64,000 bases of DNA from Auanema rhodensis (taxonomy: Eukaryota; Animalia; Nematoda), in contig OZ059900.1 in NCBI GenBank assembly GCA_964057225.1, positions 6,076,001 through 6,140,000 of the forward strand. The letters are read 5' to 3'. Positions 26,901 to 40,214 of this stretch are shown here, piece by piece. The stretch's first letter is position 1. Every line of letters starts with the position of its first letter. The notes under the pieces were generated by a model. That model made no database searches, was not told the origin of the DNA, and saw only the letters and a program-made list of their open reading frames with translations. The position numbers and the translations under genes were made by a program.

Positions 26901-29900
26901 ATATTTTTTTTTATCATATTGCTTCAAAAAAGAAAAATTAAAAAAGAAAAGCAATGCACGGAAAATCATTGAAAGCATTAGAATCAGAAATGACGGAGGA
27001 GTTAGAAATTGCTATTATTGGTATAAAATTATTCATTTGATTTTGCGTTTTGAGAAATATGAATTATAATTCATATGTTTGGAAATAAAAATATTGTGAA
27101 CAACACTGAAAGAAGTCGTAATTTGAAAAATGAAATTCAACAACCACATTGTTCTTGAGAATTCAACATTTGCAGATTACTATTCACTTTAAAGGTAAAT
27201 AGAGATTATAATTAAGCTATTATATAAAGTTTGAACACAAGATGTTCATTATGCCTTAAATTGTCATACCAATTGATTAAGTAATGAGAATGTCCTACAT
27301 ATTCTGAAAAAAATAGGACACGAGCAATATTGAACAAAGTTTGAAAATCAAATACATGTCTGTAAAAAGTCTCATAGATTACAGGTGGCTGGCAAATAAT
27401 AATGAATATGTTAAATTTGCTAAAAATGTGAATAGTATTATAGAAAAATTCAAATTTACGATTAAAGTATGAATCAAGTATGTTGATTAGAAAGAAATTC
27501 AAAAAGAATCCAGATATATGAAGAAATCATAATGATGTTGTGGACATCCGAGAGATTGATGTAAACAAAAAGGAAATCTTAGATAAGCTTTTAAAGAATT
27601 GAACATTAATCAGAGTGGGATAGAAAAAGTTCTTTTAAAAATGAAAAGAAATAATCCGTTTAATTTGAGTGAAAAATTGTGAACTAAATGAAAATTTTTC
27701 TTCCGCTTTGAGCATTTTCAAGAAAAAGTTGTGTAGCAGTGCCCCAAACAAATGAAGACAAAAAGATTGAATAGGAATCCTGTTCGCAAGAAAATTTTAA
27801 TAGATTAGGAAAGCCATGCGAAAATCACAGATTAATAAATGGCTGAGCAATTGTACTCTTATAGAACTGTCACATGTTCACACATATCTCTTCTAAAGGT
27901 TCGTTTGTTAATGTAATGATAGTAAAGATCAAAGCTAATCTAGCCGAGAGAATACTCACACAATAGTCAAGAAGACTTGTAATGAGCAAAGACCATAAGA
28001 ATAGCCATGAGTCGCACAAAAATAATAAAAATATGTCTAGATATACATTATATATGTGTTCACCCTGCCTTTTTTTATAAAAAGACTTAATGTAATAGAA
28101 AAATGCGATACTATAATGTATGTGAAATTGGTGTTTAAAAGGTCTACGATCTACAATAAAGTCTGGGAAAATGATGAGTAGTTCAGACGACCATAACGTT
28201 ATCATTCTATAGTGATTGCATTTATAATGATTAAACGACTTTTGTAATGTACTGTAATCATATTGATTTTTTATGTGATTTTTTTAGTTTTTTTCTCTCA
28301 AACTAATCGATGTGATTATATACAATTGTATAAGCCATATGTTTTATGTAATAGTACAACAAGTCTAGCATATCATATATATGAATATTGAAACTGATTC
28401 AAGTATATATGAAATCAGTTTCAAAATGAAATTTCAAAACAGTTTTGAGCGTTTCTGAGAATTGTTTCGCCTACGATTTTCTTCACCTTTTATGATAAAT
28501 TGCTAATATTACGAAAAAAAAAGATTACACCGTTCGAGATTAGGCTGACTTAAGGCTATATATGTCATATCTATACGTAGACATTCGAAATATAAAGAAA
28601 TGAAATGAAGGAAATCATAATATATAAAGCTTTTTTCAAGAACAATTGTCAAAAGGATAATCGTAATGAAAACAACGAAAGAAATTCAATGAAAAAGCAG
28701 AAATCATATTAATGTGACATGTGCATGGATTATAATATTGAAATTATTGGTAGGTATTCAAGAACAGAGTTTTGAGACAAGATTTCAGCAAGAATTTGAG
28801 AAAAAAAGTCTGGCATACAATGTCTAGACCATTTACATACACTTCGAAGAGAAGTAGCTTTTCTGTCAAAATTGCATGAGATTCGCTATAATTTAGAAAA
28901 AAAGGCTGGTACGAAATGTCCAGAGCATTGATATGCACTTTGAAGTGAAGAAGCTGATCTGTCGAAATCGCATAAGGAAGTAGTGACTAAATCTAGGAAC
29001 TTGAGAATGTGTGCGAATTAATATTTTAATTGCTTGAGGGTAACAAGATTTGAAAAAGCTGAGAAAAATTTACACGTAGCGGTAAGCGAATGTGCTTCCA
29101 ACTGAAAAACAAAATTAATCTGTGACTGGCAGATGTGCTTCACCGGCAACTTGTCGTATATAGACATGCATGTTTCTCAATAGAAAACCTAATAAGCTGC
29201 GTGAACATGAGTGTGAACAAAATGAAGAGAATTAAACAAGAACATAGATTATAAAACAATGAAAAATGATAAAATAATGGTGGAAACGTGAAAAGTGACT
29301 GACGCAATAAAATAGATGAAGCTAAGCTGTGATCAACAGAGATGAGAACGAAAAAAATGGACCCGGAGTATAAGACCGGAAAAGCTTTGTTCTGAATTTT
29401 GCAGCATTTTTAGCTGTAGGTACTAATTGCAAGTTTATTATTTGCTCTCTAATTACATGAACAGAGTTAGTGAGACGAATGAAACCACAAATTTGAATAG
29501 GTGCCTATCAACTTTGAATAAAATGCTTATTATAATATATCCTTTTGAATTATGTGATACGGAAGAAAAAAAACCTGTATATATAATAGTTTGAATCATA
29601 GTTAGTTAATATTGTAGGCTATTATTACAATGTTATTAATAGAATGAGCAAGGCTCTGACTTCTATTCACTAGCTTGTTTATCAGAAACAACTAACTTTT
29701 GCAGGCTCTCTCATTTTTATATTAGCCTCCTAATAAATAAATAAATATATATATATATATATATATGCCCATCTAGTTTATTTTTTACAGATTGTATATA
29801 AAAACAAATTTAATTTAATAATTATTATTTAATTAAAAATATATAATAATTTATTATAACTATACTACGTTATTAATACATGTGAATAAACAACTTACCT

Positions 29901-32900
29901 TAATCAATTGTCGTACGACGTTGTTAAGAAATATGTAAGATAGATCTGTCTGTATGTGATCCAGTTTCCTAAATATAGGTGTCATATCCTGCTCAAAACA
30001 TATATAAAATGAAAAAAACACACGGATGAATACAAAATTAAAACATTAACTTGAAAATATATTAAGATTATAATGTTTTTGATGAAATCATACGAGATTG
30101 AACTGAGATAATTAGAAAAATTAGAAATCGGATGCGATTATTCATACCCGGAAGCCGAAATACACAATGCTGCGGAATAGAAGATTTTCATATGAGAGAG
30201 AGAGATAGAAGTTCATGAGTTTTCTGCATAAAATGTTTGCAAGCATCATGCCCACCCGAATAGATCATTAATTATCCTGAGGTCTTATGCGGAATATATG
30301 GATGTTTCTTTCAATTTATCTCAAAAGTTTTCTTTCCCTACATATCTTTTGATATTTGACCTTTCTTACTAAGCATTTTCAGCAGGGAATTGAATTGAAA
30401 TCAACAAGCAAACATCTAGGTCCGGATGTTTGATGTCATTTTACTAATGCTCGTCATCAATGGCATCATCCATCCTGGCAGAATCGTCATTTTCATTAAA
30501 GCCGTCGTGATCGCATGGTCAAACACGACAAGGATGTCTGCCGTGTGAATGAGGCGCAACTTCCATCCCACCGCTTAAACGGCCAATGACGACATTGACA
30601 ATCGACAAACGTGTGCATATCGAGAAATGGACAGCAATGGGCTGCTGACAGCATCAGCAAGCAACTAAAAGCGGATATCAATATATACATTATGATTTTT
30701 TCAATAAGAGAGAGATAGAGAAAGAAAGAGAGAGAGATCCAGAAAAATAAAAAGAGAGAGCAAAGGCTCAAGCCTACGGCAAAACTATGGCGGAAGTTAA
30801 GCTTTGTTGATCTCCAGCTCATCTATATAGTTTATGCCGCATTTTTCTCTAATGGGCATGACTCCTCGTATAGGCTTTTTCCAGCACATATGTGCACATA
30901 TAGTCAGATGAGTATTAAAAGATATTGATATAGATATCTGTAATATAGAAATAAACTAGTGAAAGATAAAGAAAAATTGATCATCCCGAATGAAAGTAAA
31001 GAATAGAAAAGATAAGGTAAGGTATTTTCTACATGGAAATATAATATCTCGCGATATTCGCTTCAAAAATGCCAGATAAATGTCGTCATCTTTCATAATA
31101 TTGTGAATCAAAATTGGAATCACATGAAAAACAGTTGTTTTTTTGCCACAATTTTTTTCTTTTTCAATTTTCCAGACGGTTTCCTGTCGGAAAAGAAAAA
31201 AAATGTGACATTATAATAAATCCATTGTGTGCTGTTTCTCTATGTGACTTTTGCTAGTAATCCTCATAATCACATAATGGACAAGTTGACATACTTTCAT
31301 TAAAAGAATAACAGACAAAACTAGAATAGCATGTGAAATATAGAAGACAGACGGAGATGAAACTGAAACAAAGTATGTTTGAGTGTGAAAAACGGTAGGT
31401 TCAATAACGGAGTTAGTGTGTCAAATCTTTAGGCTGTGATGTAACCAATACTTGATCTTTCAAAATGCATGCGTAAATGTGACCCATAGCTACAACGATA
31501 TGCAGAATATCTAACAGTTGCAAATATATCATGTGAGATTTGCTAATATGTGAGAGTTGCTTGAAAAGGATGGAAGAACATAGAGAGATTGAGACCGGAA
31601 TAACTGAGATACTCTCCTATCTCTTCATTGAGATGATAGAAGAATTATTGGCTAAAATTAGCTCATCTATCTTCTATCCTTTGAGTGTATTAAGCGCAAA
31701 ACTTGTAATGCCGATTTATATGCATAAAATTAATAGTATGCGAGATGAAAACTTGCAATCACATGTTTGATCAAGAAGGTATGAAGAATTTATTAGCAAT
31801 GAGGCAAAAAATAAAATAGTGCATGAAAGGATATGCACAATAATCAAATAGATGATTATCATCGAGCATATAAATCAGTGTTTCGCACTATTTTCAAATT
31901 AGCAGTAGTTTTCATGTATAGTTTGATCAATCAAAGAAAATCTGAGCGGAAAATGAAAAAAAAATTATTTCTATATCATATAGCGTGATTATAATTTAAG
32001 AATGAAGTAGATAATCGATTCAGACGAAATAAATCGGATGAGCATGTTAAGAAATTAATTTTTTTGCAAAGTTTTCTTGAAAAAAATGAAGATTACATAT
32101 CATGTGTATGCAGTCTTGAGTTTAATATATATTTAATATATAGTTAATAGTACGTAATTAGTTAGATATGTGCGTATATTATATCTTTAGTTAGATATAT
32201 TGAATGGAAACCGTTCATTTAGATAAATTATGTGTATCAAGCATATTTGTAGCTGAAAATTGCCAAAAGTCAAAGAATGCAATTGATAATTTGTAGAGAA
32301 ACGCACAAATTGAGCACGTGACATATGCTGTACAAGTGATACGTAGATCAGATAAAGATCAGCGTCAAAGAAAGAGATAGTAATAGCAATCGATATGACA
32401 TTAGCTTTTGATTATTTTCTTATTTGAATTCATATAAACTATATGTATCTATAGATACGACAGTCTGATTATTGTTCTTTGAATATAGTTTAATTGAATA
32501 AAACAGACAAGAAGACCATATATACTATACACTGAATGAGATTACAATTTTCCATATGTTTCAAGATATTGTTTTACAAGTTGTAACTCGCATCTCTCAT
32601 CTCTTTCACATCCTGTATATAGACATGGTTGTCTTCTTCTTCCAAAATACTCTGCTTGAACTATGCAAACGTGTATGCGAAACTCATAAAAACATATGTC
32701 ATTTTTACTCTGTCATCATGTAGCAAGACAATAACCTATTGAATTCTCAAAATATACATATACATCAAAACTTTAATATTAGCTGATGTTTTAGTCCTGT
32801 CTCATACAGTTTACCCATTTCATTTGAAAATTTTTTAGTTTTTTTTCCAAAAAGAAAACTTTGAATAATCTTATATTGACAGCCGTCATTGCAAACTAAT

Positions 32901-35900
32901 ACTAGTTAATTATTTGAAAGAAAAAGAAAAAAATGAACAGAATGAGTTGATAATAAACAGTTTGTCGAACAGGAATTGAAAAAATTTGCATTTCAATATG
33001 TTCTGTATGAAAAAAATCCAGATTCAATGGAAAAATAATATTGAAACATGGATACTAATATGAAGGAAATAAGATAACACAGGTATAAAGATACAAACTA
33101 ATACTAAATCTAATTAGTATTTCTGTTATTGAATCGAAAATGAAACTATTTTTAAACTTTTTACGTTTTTTTCAAAAAGATTTCAAATCTGAATAAAATA
33201 TTTGAAGATAATTAATAAAGAAATAGTCAACAAAATAATGGATAATATAACTTAATGAATATGCTAATAAAAATATTTAAAAATAGAATTAGTCGGTGTT
33301 TATTACTCAAGAAAAATTAGATTATCATCTAATTTTCAGACTGTTGGAACCTAGAAGCTTTGCAACTGATATCCAAAATATATGCAGCATAAGTGTGATA
33401 TAGAGAGAAAGAGTATGCTGACATTGAGAGTATTAAAGATAACAAGAAAAAGAGACAACGAGGAATGCCACTGAAGCATAATGAATTGAAGAGATGACGA
33501 GTGAAATGTACATCATGTAAGGTTGAAAACTTGAAAAAAATTTCGAAAAATGGAGATAGCTATATGATATAGTATAATCAAAACGCGCCATATTTAATAG
33601 CTGATTATAGAAAAATAGGAATAATAAAATGGAAGCAACAGAATAATATAAAGTGTATACAACAAATATATATTTATTTATTTTATATATTTTAAAATTT
33701 TATATATAATTTTGAACTATAATTTATAATAAATTAAAAAATAGAACTATAATTTTCTAATCTATTTTTTGTTGAAAATAGCTGTATATGTGCTGTATAC
33801 CATTTATACTTAGAGAAGTCGACATCTTTTTATCTTCAGAAAGAAATTTTCATTGAAATGAATACATGACTGAGATACAGTGATTTGAAAGTATAAAGAG
33901 GAAGTGCATTAAAGAAATTAGGAACAAAAACATTCATATATGGTTTCCATTCAATTTTTTCTGACTATATCTAGCCATGAATAATTCTAGATGCATTCTT
34001 TTCATGTTGTGAATGAAAGGATGAAAGCTCTAAATATGTTAAAGCGATAAAGCATAGATCATACTGCTGACCATACGCTTAATCTCTAGCTCAAAGCTGA
34101 ATTGTAATTAAAATAATGTTCGAGAAAAATGAAATGGCTATCCTGAGTCCGCTGACAAAAGACTAAAAGCTAACTATTATAATAAACTGCTTTATAACTT
34201 TTGAAATTTATGGAAAAAAATTCAATAATATGTTGTGATAAAGCCAAACATTTTTTGTAATAATTGTAAGCATCCAATAAGAGAAATGCTGAAATAAAAT
34301 ATATTCAAGCTAAAACAAAATACATATGCTGAACATATCCATACAGGAAATGACAAATTTAGAATTTGAGTTTGTAGATTTGTATGTTTACGTTGCATAT
34401 TCAAGCTGTAAGATAAGCGTGAACGGAAAAAGGAAATTAACAAGTAGGATTACTGATATATCTGTTCAAATAGTGACTCATAAAAACCTTATTTTAGAAC
34501 ATGTGATGATAATATAAAAGTAAAAATTGATATATATCATTAGCAATGATATTAATATATCATTTAAATCATATAATAACATATTCAAATTTATTAAATA
34601 ATATATAAATAAAAATTAAAAAAAATTAAAAAAAGAGAAAAACGTGAAACTGAGACGAAGGCAATGCGATAATTTATTCTTGATTTTTGATTTTTTAGTA
34701 ATATTTTAAAAGTGTTTCAAAGTTTCAAATAGAAGGGATTGTATCAATTTTTTAAACAAAAAATAGTACGGTATGCGGCAATAAAATATTTTTATAGCTT
34801 AGCGAAAAGAAACCCAAAAACTAAAACTTTATAGAAAAGTAAAACTAAATTGTAAATAAGAAAACTATGCCACATTATATCTGAGACCTATGCCATTAGT
34901 TTCAGCTCTTTAGCATTGCGCTTTACTTTTTTGAGTATAACAACCAAAATCCTCTATTCCTCTGCCCTCTTTTTTTTACTTCATTATTCTTACTCTCTCT
35001 CTCTCTTTGAATCTCTTTCTTCAAAATGCTTTAAACTATGTTCCTTCTCTCTTTCTAGAAAATCTCTTTACATTTTTCTTTCCAAGTATCTCGTTTTTGA
35101 TTTCTATCTTTCTCGTTCACTTATTCTTTTCTCCTCTCGTTTCTTTTTCGAGCATATCACTTTTTCTATCTACGCTTTGTTCCTTATTCTTTTTTGAGAT
35201 TGTTCGTCTAAGTTTCTATATATGATATACGAGAATGCATGTGACAATATTGTCAGATGCTACTAAATTTTACATGAAACAGCCAACTGGTAACAATAGT
35301 AGTTGGTGGGCGCTTGGACCGAAAAAAAGTGTTCTCTCTTTATTCTTCTGATTTGTCTTTTTTCTCACTTGAACATAATGAATAGATTTGAATAATGAGA
35401 ACAGAAAATCATTAGTAAATTATAAAGCTTTTTGCACCTTTTTTTTTCAAAAAAATTTCCCGAAAACACAGATAATATTAAGATTACATTTTTCGGTGAA
35501 AGAATAGAAATGAAAAAGAAAATGTGATTGCTGAAGCGATAATTTTGTGAAGAAATTTGTATGTCAGCCATTTGTTGTCATGATACTCTAAAAGATTTTT
35601 TTTGTAGTCATATAAGAATTGAGTAATACTGAAAATCTTAATGCAAACGAGCCATAATTGAAATTACATTATTTCATATACAAGATATACACAATGCTAT
35701 AGAACATCAATATACATTCATATACATAGATGTAGATGTAGATGTATATAGACATATGCATTTAAAGATATAATATTATATGTAGTATATAATACTTTGA
35801 ACAAACTATATGCTTTTTATAATCAACTTGAAGACAATAAGTACTAAAAGTTCTTCTGAATATAATATAATATATAGTTTCTGGAGAGGCCAAAGAATAG

Positions 35901-38900
35901 AACAGCAAAAAAAGCATATTTCCACATGAATATGATCAAATCAAAAGCGCAACTCTAGTTCATGAACTGATTTTTTTTAAAATTCAAATCAATAGACATA
36001 AACTATATGTTTAGTACAACAAGTTGATCATTTTCTCTTTTGTATGTATCTCTTTATATGAATCTACACATATATAAAAAAATATTGGATTTCCATTTAA
36101 AAAAAAACGGAATTTTCAACAGTGATGGGAGAAATATGTTTTTTATAGCTTTTCGGAAACAGAAAACATTTCGTTTCTTTCCGATTCTAGAATGAACGAA
36201 AAAAAACTATAAATCGTACCATGGGTACAAGAGTAACAGGGGGTAGCACTGAAATAGATTTTGAATTTTTGTTTTTGAAAAAAATATATTTGACAGATGC
36301 AAATATTCTTTTTATCGAATTTAAAATGAAACAGGTGAAAGATAGAATGAGTCACTATCTGTTATTAAGTCATTCAGTAACTATAAATCTCATTTGGCAT
36401 TAATATTCTTAAGCCGCCTCCACACTAAAATTCTTTATTCCTCTGTTATAGGATATAATTACAAATAATTATTTTATTAATTCATGTCATTCTAAAGTAT
36501 TTATATATATATATATATTCGTTTAATAAAAATCTGAAAAATATTTTGTGATAATCATTTTCAAATAAAACAGAAATCAATTAAACATTCAGCTTCTCAT
36601 GCATAATTTTAAATTAAAAATGCTCAGGATCAGCTGATGTGAATATCGGATGACTAATTCAGTGAAGTTTGTACGCCATTCTTGAGGTAAGTATTGAAAT
36701 ATTTAGCAATAATCGGTGAATAGATTGAAAACCAATCTATTACTAATATATCCAAAACAATGAGCAAATTTCAAACTCAAATGATATATTGGAAAAAGTC
36801 ATTCATTTATTTCATTTCGTATAAATAAAAGTTGAAAACAAAAATTTGGCATATAAAAATGGAAAATATACTTCCTAGTTATTGATTTCGTTGGTCTTAA
36901 TGACAATGATAAAATCTAAAACTACATAGATGAATAACGTTTGAGCAGAAAATTATACGATTATATGCTATAATCAGGGTGAAAAAACATTTTTTGCACA
37001 GATTTAAGCACAAACATCTTAATTTCGACTTTTCATTTCATCGAATGGCAGCGATAAAAGTTCAAAATTCGCTCTCAATCTTTTGACCTGTTGAAGATCT
37101 CTTTCACAGAATGTCTCATATTTCGAAGATAAAGTGTCGAAAAAACTAGATTAGAATGTAGCTCATTTCTTGCGTAATCTACTCATATGCTACAAAATAT
37201 TCGCTTAAATATATATTCTGTAAGTAAAAGGGAGAATTAGCAGTAATTATACAAAGTTTATAGTTTGTAGTTGTGAACATAATGGGATTATACAGATATA
37301 CAGATATACAGAAATACAGAAATACCGATATTGATACATATAATAGTAAAACATCATTTTTGGAATCGATGAACGATATTGACACAGCAGCTGAACTCTT
37401 TTGTAGTTTTTTTCCTCATTCACCATCTTTTTCCTTTTCATCTCTACTAATCCTTCCCGGTTTTTTCTCATTATGATGGAAGCTTATAAAATTAATTGAC
37501 TAATGCATCTCTTAACAAACAACTAATGATTTCTGTCTTACTTGGGTTTTCTAATATACGACGCGCAGCTAAAACATTTTTGTTTTATTTCGTTTACTCA
37601 AGTGTTTATTTGTCTCTTGTTGTATTCATATGAATAATCAGCATAGAGAAAGAGAAAAAGATAAATGATGGTTGATCACTGGCTATATGACAAATATTTT
37701 TTTCTGGTTCTCAAACCATATATAACTCTAAGTTTATACATAATTCGTCCTTTTTTGGCTCATGTTGTCATCGATAATACGAATAAAATTGCGTAATTGG
37801 TGAATTGTTGTATGGTTTTTCCGAATCAATACGTTTTGTGCTGAAATGACTTGTCTTCACAAGTATTATATTACTTTGACAGAACGAATTTAGGATTATC
37901 TCTAGTGAAGATAGAGCAAGGTTAGAAACTAGAGAGTTATATGCGAGAGTGAGAGAGAGAAAAAAAGAGTAAGAAACAGAATGAGAGAGAATTAGCCATT
38001 AAAGGTTAGATATAACGATTAGCCATCCAAATGTTTTTTGTTACTCAATTTCAATGTCATTCAACTGGTTCTTTGTTAGCAGCTCATCATAAATTGATAC
38101 ATATTACCAGATGGTCGCACCATATATACGTTTACTCTCCTCTCTCATATTGCTGAATATATTGCGCATAGAAAACGTGCTCTAATGCCATAACAAAGAA
38201 AAATTACATTCAAATTTCTATTTTATTTCTTTTTGTACCATTTTTTACTTTTTTTTTAGCAATTTTACATAACTTATTGAGTTTGTCTATAATATCTTCC
38301 GCTAGGATTAAGCATGTTTGCCCAATTGTTATTTGCTCATTCAACTCTCTGGAGATTTTATTGTCCGGAAAGAAGAATATTTTAATTTTTTCTTTAAATT
38401 TTGAAGAGACTTTACTTTTCTTTTAGTTTCCAAGAGATAAACTAAACATAAACTTTTCTGAAGTTTCTTTTATCCTATTTGTTTTGATTATCTCGTGTTG
38501 CTTCATTGATTGTCTGTCTTTCTTATGATTTTTCTATTAATAATTAAATAATCAATCTGAGTTCATCTCATAGCATATGAACGTATCTGTTGATTGGCTT
38601 TAAAAATCAATTGATAAGCCAAACGTTTTTTTTATTTATTATTGAAGTACATTGCTTTTCTTTGCTATAGAGTAATCTGCTTTTTTATTCTTATATATAA
38701 TCATATTTTGTTTAATTTTTGAAATTGCTTATGACGTTATTCTTTTTGAATTTTGGTTGCTGCTTGTTCACTTCAATTTCCCTCTTAACAGTGGAGAAAC
38801 TTACACATTAACGACACTATGTTGAAGAGAATAATCAAAAAAGGGATAGAGGAAGGATGAAAGGTATGTGAAGGACAATAGAAAGATGAGATAGTGAGTG

Positions 38901-40214
38901 ATAGACGAAGAACGCCTGTTATACAACAGCATGCTGTATTAGCGCAATCGTTGAATGTCTTTATAGTGTTGAATATATTGCTTCTTCATCTTGGCTGACT
39001 CGTATTCTCATCTCTGCTTCTATGTATCTTCTCTCCATTCATATCAATCTTTTTCTTCCTCCTGAATTACGCATTCTATGATATCTCTCTATTACGTCTT
39101 CTTATATCAATGGATCACTCATTGCTTCACCTTTGCTTTATGCTGAGAACCATGGGTGAAGTCATTGTTGCGAACTTTTGCAAACATGAGCCGTTTTCTT
39201 TCACAAAAACTTTTACGATACTAAATTTTATTTTCATGGTTTGTCGCATCACCCTCATCTTTGCGTCCCTATTTTCTTTGTTATTCTAATCTTCACTTCA
39301 CTCGTTTATGTAAAAGTATACCTTATTCAGACTTTTTTCAATCTTTTCGAACGGTTTTCTTTCACATTTTTCATCTCTACCTTTTCATTCATACATTGCA
39401 GTTGTCTCTCTTTTTCTTTATGTATTATTTCGTACTATCTCTTGTATATATTATTTGTGTGATGCGTTCTCTGTCTACGAGTAGCCCATTATTTCGAGTG
39501 ACCTGCTACAAACGACCGAGACATCCAAAGATGAGACACAGCACCCATACACACACATACACTCATTCACATACTCACCGAGTCTCATCATTCATTCTTC
39601 AGTTTCCACTTATTTTGTCCCTCGTTTCCTTCCTTGCCTCATAGTCTTCTTCACCTCATCTCGCCATACTCATCATCTTGCTCTTCATTTCCATCCTCAC
39701 CGGCAAGACCTCGATCGCTCATCTTCTTCGCCACCCGGTCCGTTCGGCTTTCCTTCCTTCCTCCATCCTCTGCTCGCTACATCCTCCTCATTCTCTTACA
39801 ATCTGTTCTCTCTTCCTTCTTTGTATTCTTTTCATTAGCCTTTCACTCACCACATGCCCAGGCTAGCCAGGTCAAAGGTCATCCGCAAACACCTCGCCAC
39901 ACAGCATTATGCGATTAGTATTGAACAGCACATATTATCCATTCCTATTTGTATTAAATGTACTGACTAGTTTTCCAAGTTTTTCCCAAAGTTGCTGACT
40001 TCGTTTTTCATTTTTTCTTCAATCCCTTTCATCTAGTTTGTTCTATCTTTAGCCTTTTGAATGTTTTTATTCATTCACACTCTGTTCAATCCGGTAGTAT
40101 GTTATATATCTGTAAAACTTTTTTTGTCATTTAGTCGTTTCGTATTTCTTTTCCAAAAAAGGAAACTGCATTGCATTTCAGTTTTTTTAATCAACAGGAT
40201 TTGTGTGGGTAAGT

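Noticed and set aside
17088-40060. Many 60-130 aa F/L/S/I-rich ORFs in the gene-free region
   Set aside because: Translations of CT/GA-rich or AT-rich tracts with no splice-compatible continuation or recognisable domain.
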